A stretch of DNA of 6,282 nt from a virus. The stretch spans positions 1 to 6,282 of IMG/VR virus record IMGVR_UViG_3300029780_000130; one strand, given 5' to 3'. Below the pieces are notes generated by a model that saw nothing but the letters and a program-made list of their open reading frames with translations, ran no database searches and had not been told where the DNA came from. Each line of letters begins with the position of its first letter. Positions within the stretch are counted from its first letter, which is position 1. Positions 5,231 to 6,282 of the stretch are shown here, one piece after another. A program made the position numbers and the translations under genes.

Positions 5231-6282
5231 ATGGGATTCGGAAAATTATTTACAGAAAATTTAGCCGGTTCGGGAGCCAGCAGTTTAACAGGATTGATAT
5301 CCGGTGGTATAAGCCAAGCATTAGGATTAAGTTGGTCACCAAGAAAAGCCATGGAAGAACAATGGAAATACAACAAAAACATCATGGCACTACAAAATCA
5401 ATACCAACAGCAAGCAGCTGCGCAATCACAAAAATATGCAAAAGAATATTGGGATTACACGAATGCAGAAAATCAAGTTGCACATTTAAAAAATGCTGGC
5501 TTAAACATAGGGTTAATGTACGGTCAAAGTGGAGCAGGAGGTATGGGAGCGAGTGGAGGGGCTCATCAAGCAGCACCAGAACAACCACAAAGTAACCCTG
5601 TTGCTATGGCTTTGCAAACGCAACAAATCGAACAACAAAGGAGAATGAATGACGCACAAATAGCACTAGCAGAAGCACAAGCGAGAAAAGCGGACGAGGA
5701 AGCGAAAAAAATCGGAGGTGTTGATATTGAAGAAGCTTATAAACGTATAGAGGAAATGAACGCAAAAATCAACGACCTTATTGCCAGCAAAAATTATAAA
5801 GAAGCTGAAACAGAGCTTTCTAAGGCAAAAAAGGCAACAGAAGAAACGATACAACGGCTCAACGAGGCGAATGAAGCACTATCAAGAGCAGACATAAGCA
5901 AAGCATTTGCAATAGCTACGCATTATTCCGAAGCAGCTCACAAAATGTATTGGGAATACCAAAGAGAAAAACTCGGATACGAATACGACAAAGAAACATT
6001 GCAGGATAGAATTGACGCAGCATATTATATGAATTGTCAGATAATTGCGTTAACGGCAAAATACAAAAAAGACGTCGAAGTCGGGGACGCACAAATAAAG
6101 CAACTAGTAGCAGCGGCAAAAGAATTGAATGCATTGGCGGATAAACACGATTGGGACAAAGAAACGTATCGCAAAGAAGTAGAGAAAATGATTGAGCGTT
6201 GGGAGGACCAAACACTGAACGAACGTATAAACATGGGGCTTGAATTTGGAGAGAACATCGTTGAATTATTATTATCGCTAAG
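5231..6282 (+). CDS. Minor capsid / DNA pilot protein (Microviridae VP2, phiX174 H-like). It is incomplete in the window because it runs off the 3' end and finishes at 172..174 after the circular wrap. The full length is ~381 aa.
   Basis: An open frame from ATG 5231 to the window end with no stop, so it is absent from the ORF track. The N-terminus is Gly/Ser-rich (MGFGKLFTENLAGSGASSLTGLISGGISQALG...GQSGAGGMGASGGAHQAAP). A long Q/A/E/K-rich predicted coiled-coil follows. Both features are typical of VP2/H pilot proteins. A possible alternative GTG start lies at 5180. Confidence 0.8.
   Translation, partial: MGFGKLFTENLAGSGASSLTGLISGGISQALGLSWSPRKAMEEQWKYNKNIMALQNQYQQQAAAQSQKYAKEYWDYTNAENQVAHLKNAGLNIGLMYGQSGAGGMGASGGAHQAAPEQPQSNPVAMALQTQQIEQQRRMNDAQIALAEAQARKADEEAKKIGGVDIEEAYKRIEEMNAKINDLIASKNYKEAETELSKAKKATEETIQRLNEANEALSRADISKAFAIATHYSEAAHKMYWEYQREKLGYEYDKETLQDRIDAAYYMNCQIIALTAKYKKDVEVGDAQIKQLVAAAKELNALADKHDWDKETYRKEVEKMIERWEDQTLNERINMGLEFGENIVELLLSL
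6203..6282. repeat. Second copy of the 80-nt terminal overlap (circular genome wrap-around).
   Basis: Identical to 1..80. The VP2 reading frame is continuous across this junction (6203 and 1 are both codon first positions). Confidence 0.95.

Noticed and set aside
271-6258. Minus-strand ORFs from the six-frame track (271..519, 865..1263, 4314..4508, 5197..5385, 5382..5588, 5666..5854, 5916..6215, 6037..6258).
   Set aside because: All lie antisense to strongly supported core genes (Rep, VP1, VP2). Microviridae transcribe a single strand. The products are hydrophobic or low-complexity 'shadow' ORFs with no motif.

Overview
This window looks like a complete, circularly permuted genome of a small ssDNA phage of the family Microviridae (Gokushovirinae/Alpavirinae-like). 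Bases 1..80 are identical to 6203..6282, so the underlying circle is 6202 nt and was linearised with an 80-nt overlap. All credible genes lie on the + strand and are tightly packed, with 1-7 nt gaps and short overlaps. The three hallmark genes can be recognised directly from the translations. The first is a rolling-circle replication initiator (VP4/gpA-like, 176..1273) carrying RCR motif I (FTTLT), the HUH motif (IHLHGIFF) and a phiX-A-like double-tyrosine motif (YMTKYMLK). The second is the major capsid protein (VP1/F-like, 2654..4735) with the typical N-terminal ...HDLSH...LIP...LPGDTF signature. The third is a glycine-rich, coiled-coil minor capsid/DNA-pilot protein (VP2/H-like) that starts at 5231, runs off the window end and terminates at 172..174 after wrapping around the circle. 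The six-frame track misses it because it has no stop inside the window. Between Rep and VP1 are a 359-nt intergenic region and four small uncharacterised ORFs. The intergenic region contains a strikingly GC-rich, repeat-laden ~190-nt island. One of the small ORFs encodes a small single-pass membrane protein, a plausible lysis or exclusion candidate. A 111-aa acidic ORF sits between VP1 and VP2. Start codons lack Shine-Dalgarno sequences and sit in A-rich contexts, suggesting a Bacteroidetes-type host. No rRNA, tRNA, CRISPR or transposon features are supported. The most interesting points are the accessory small-ORF module, the GC-rich island with a possible dif-like (XerD-arm) motif, and a possible overlapping basic ORF inside VP2.
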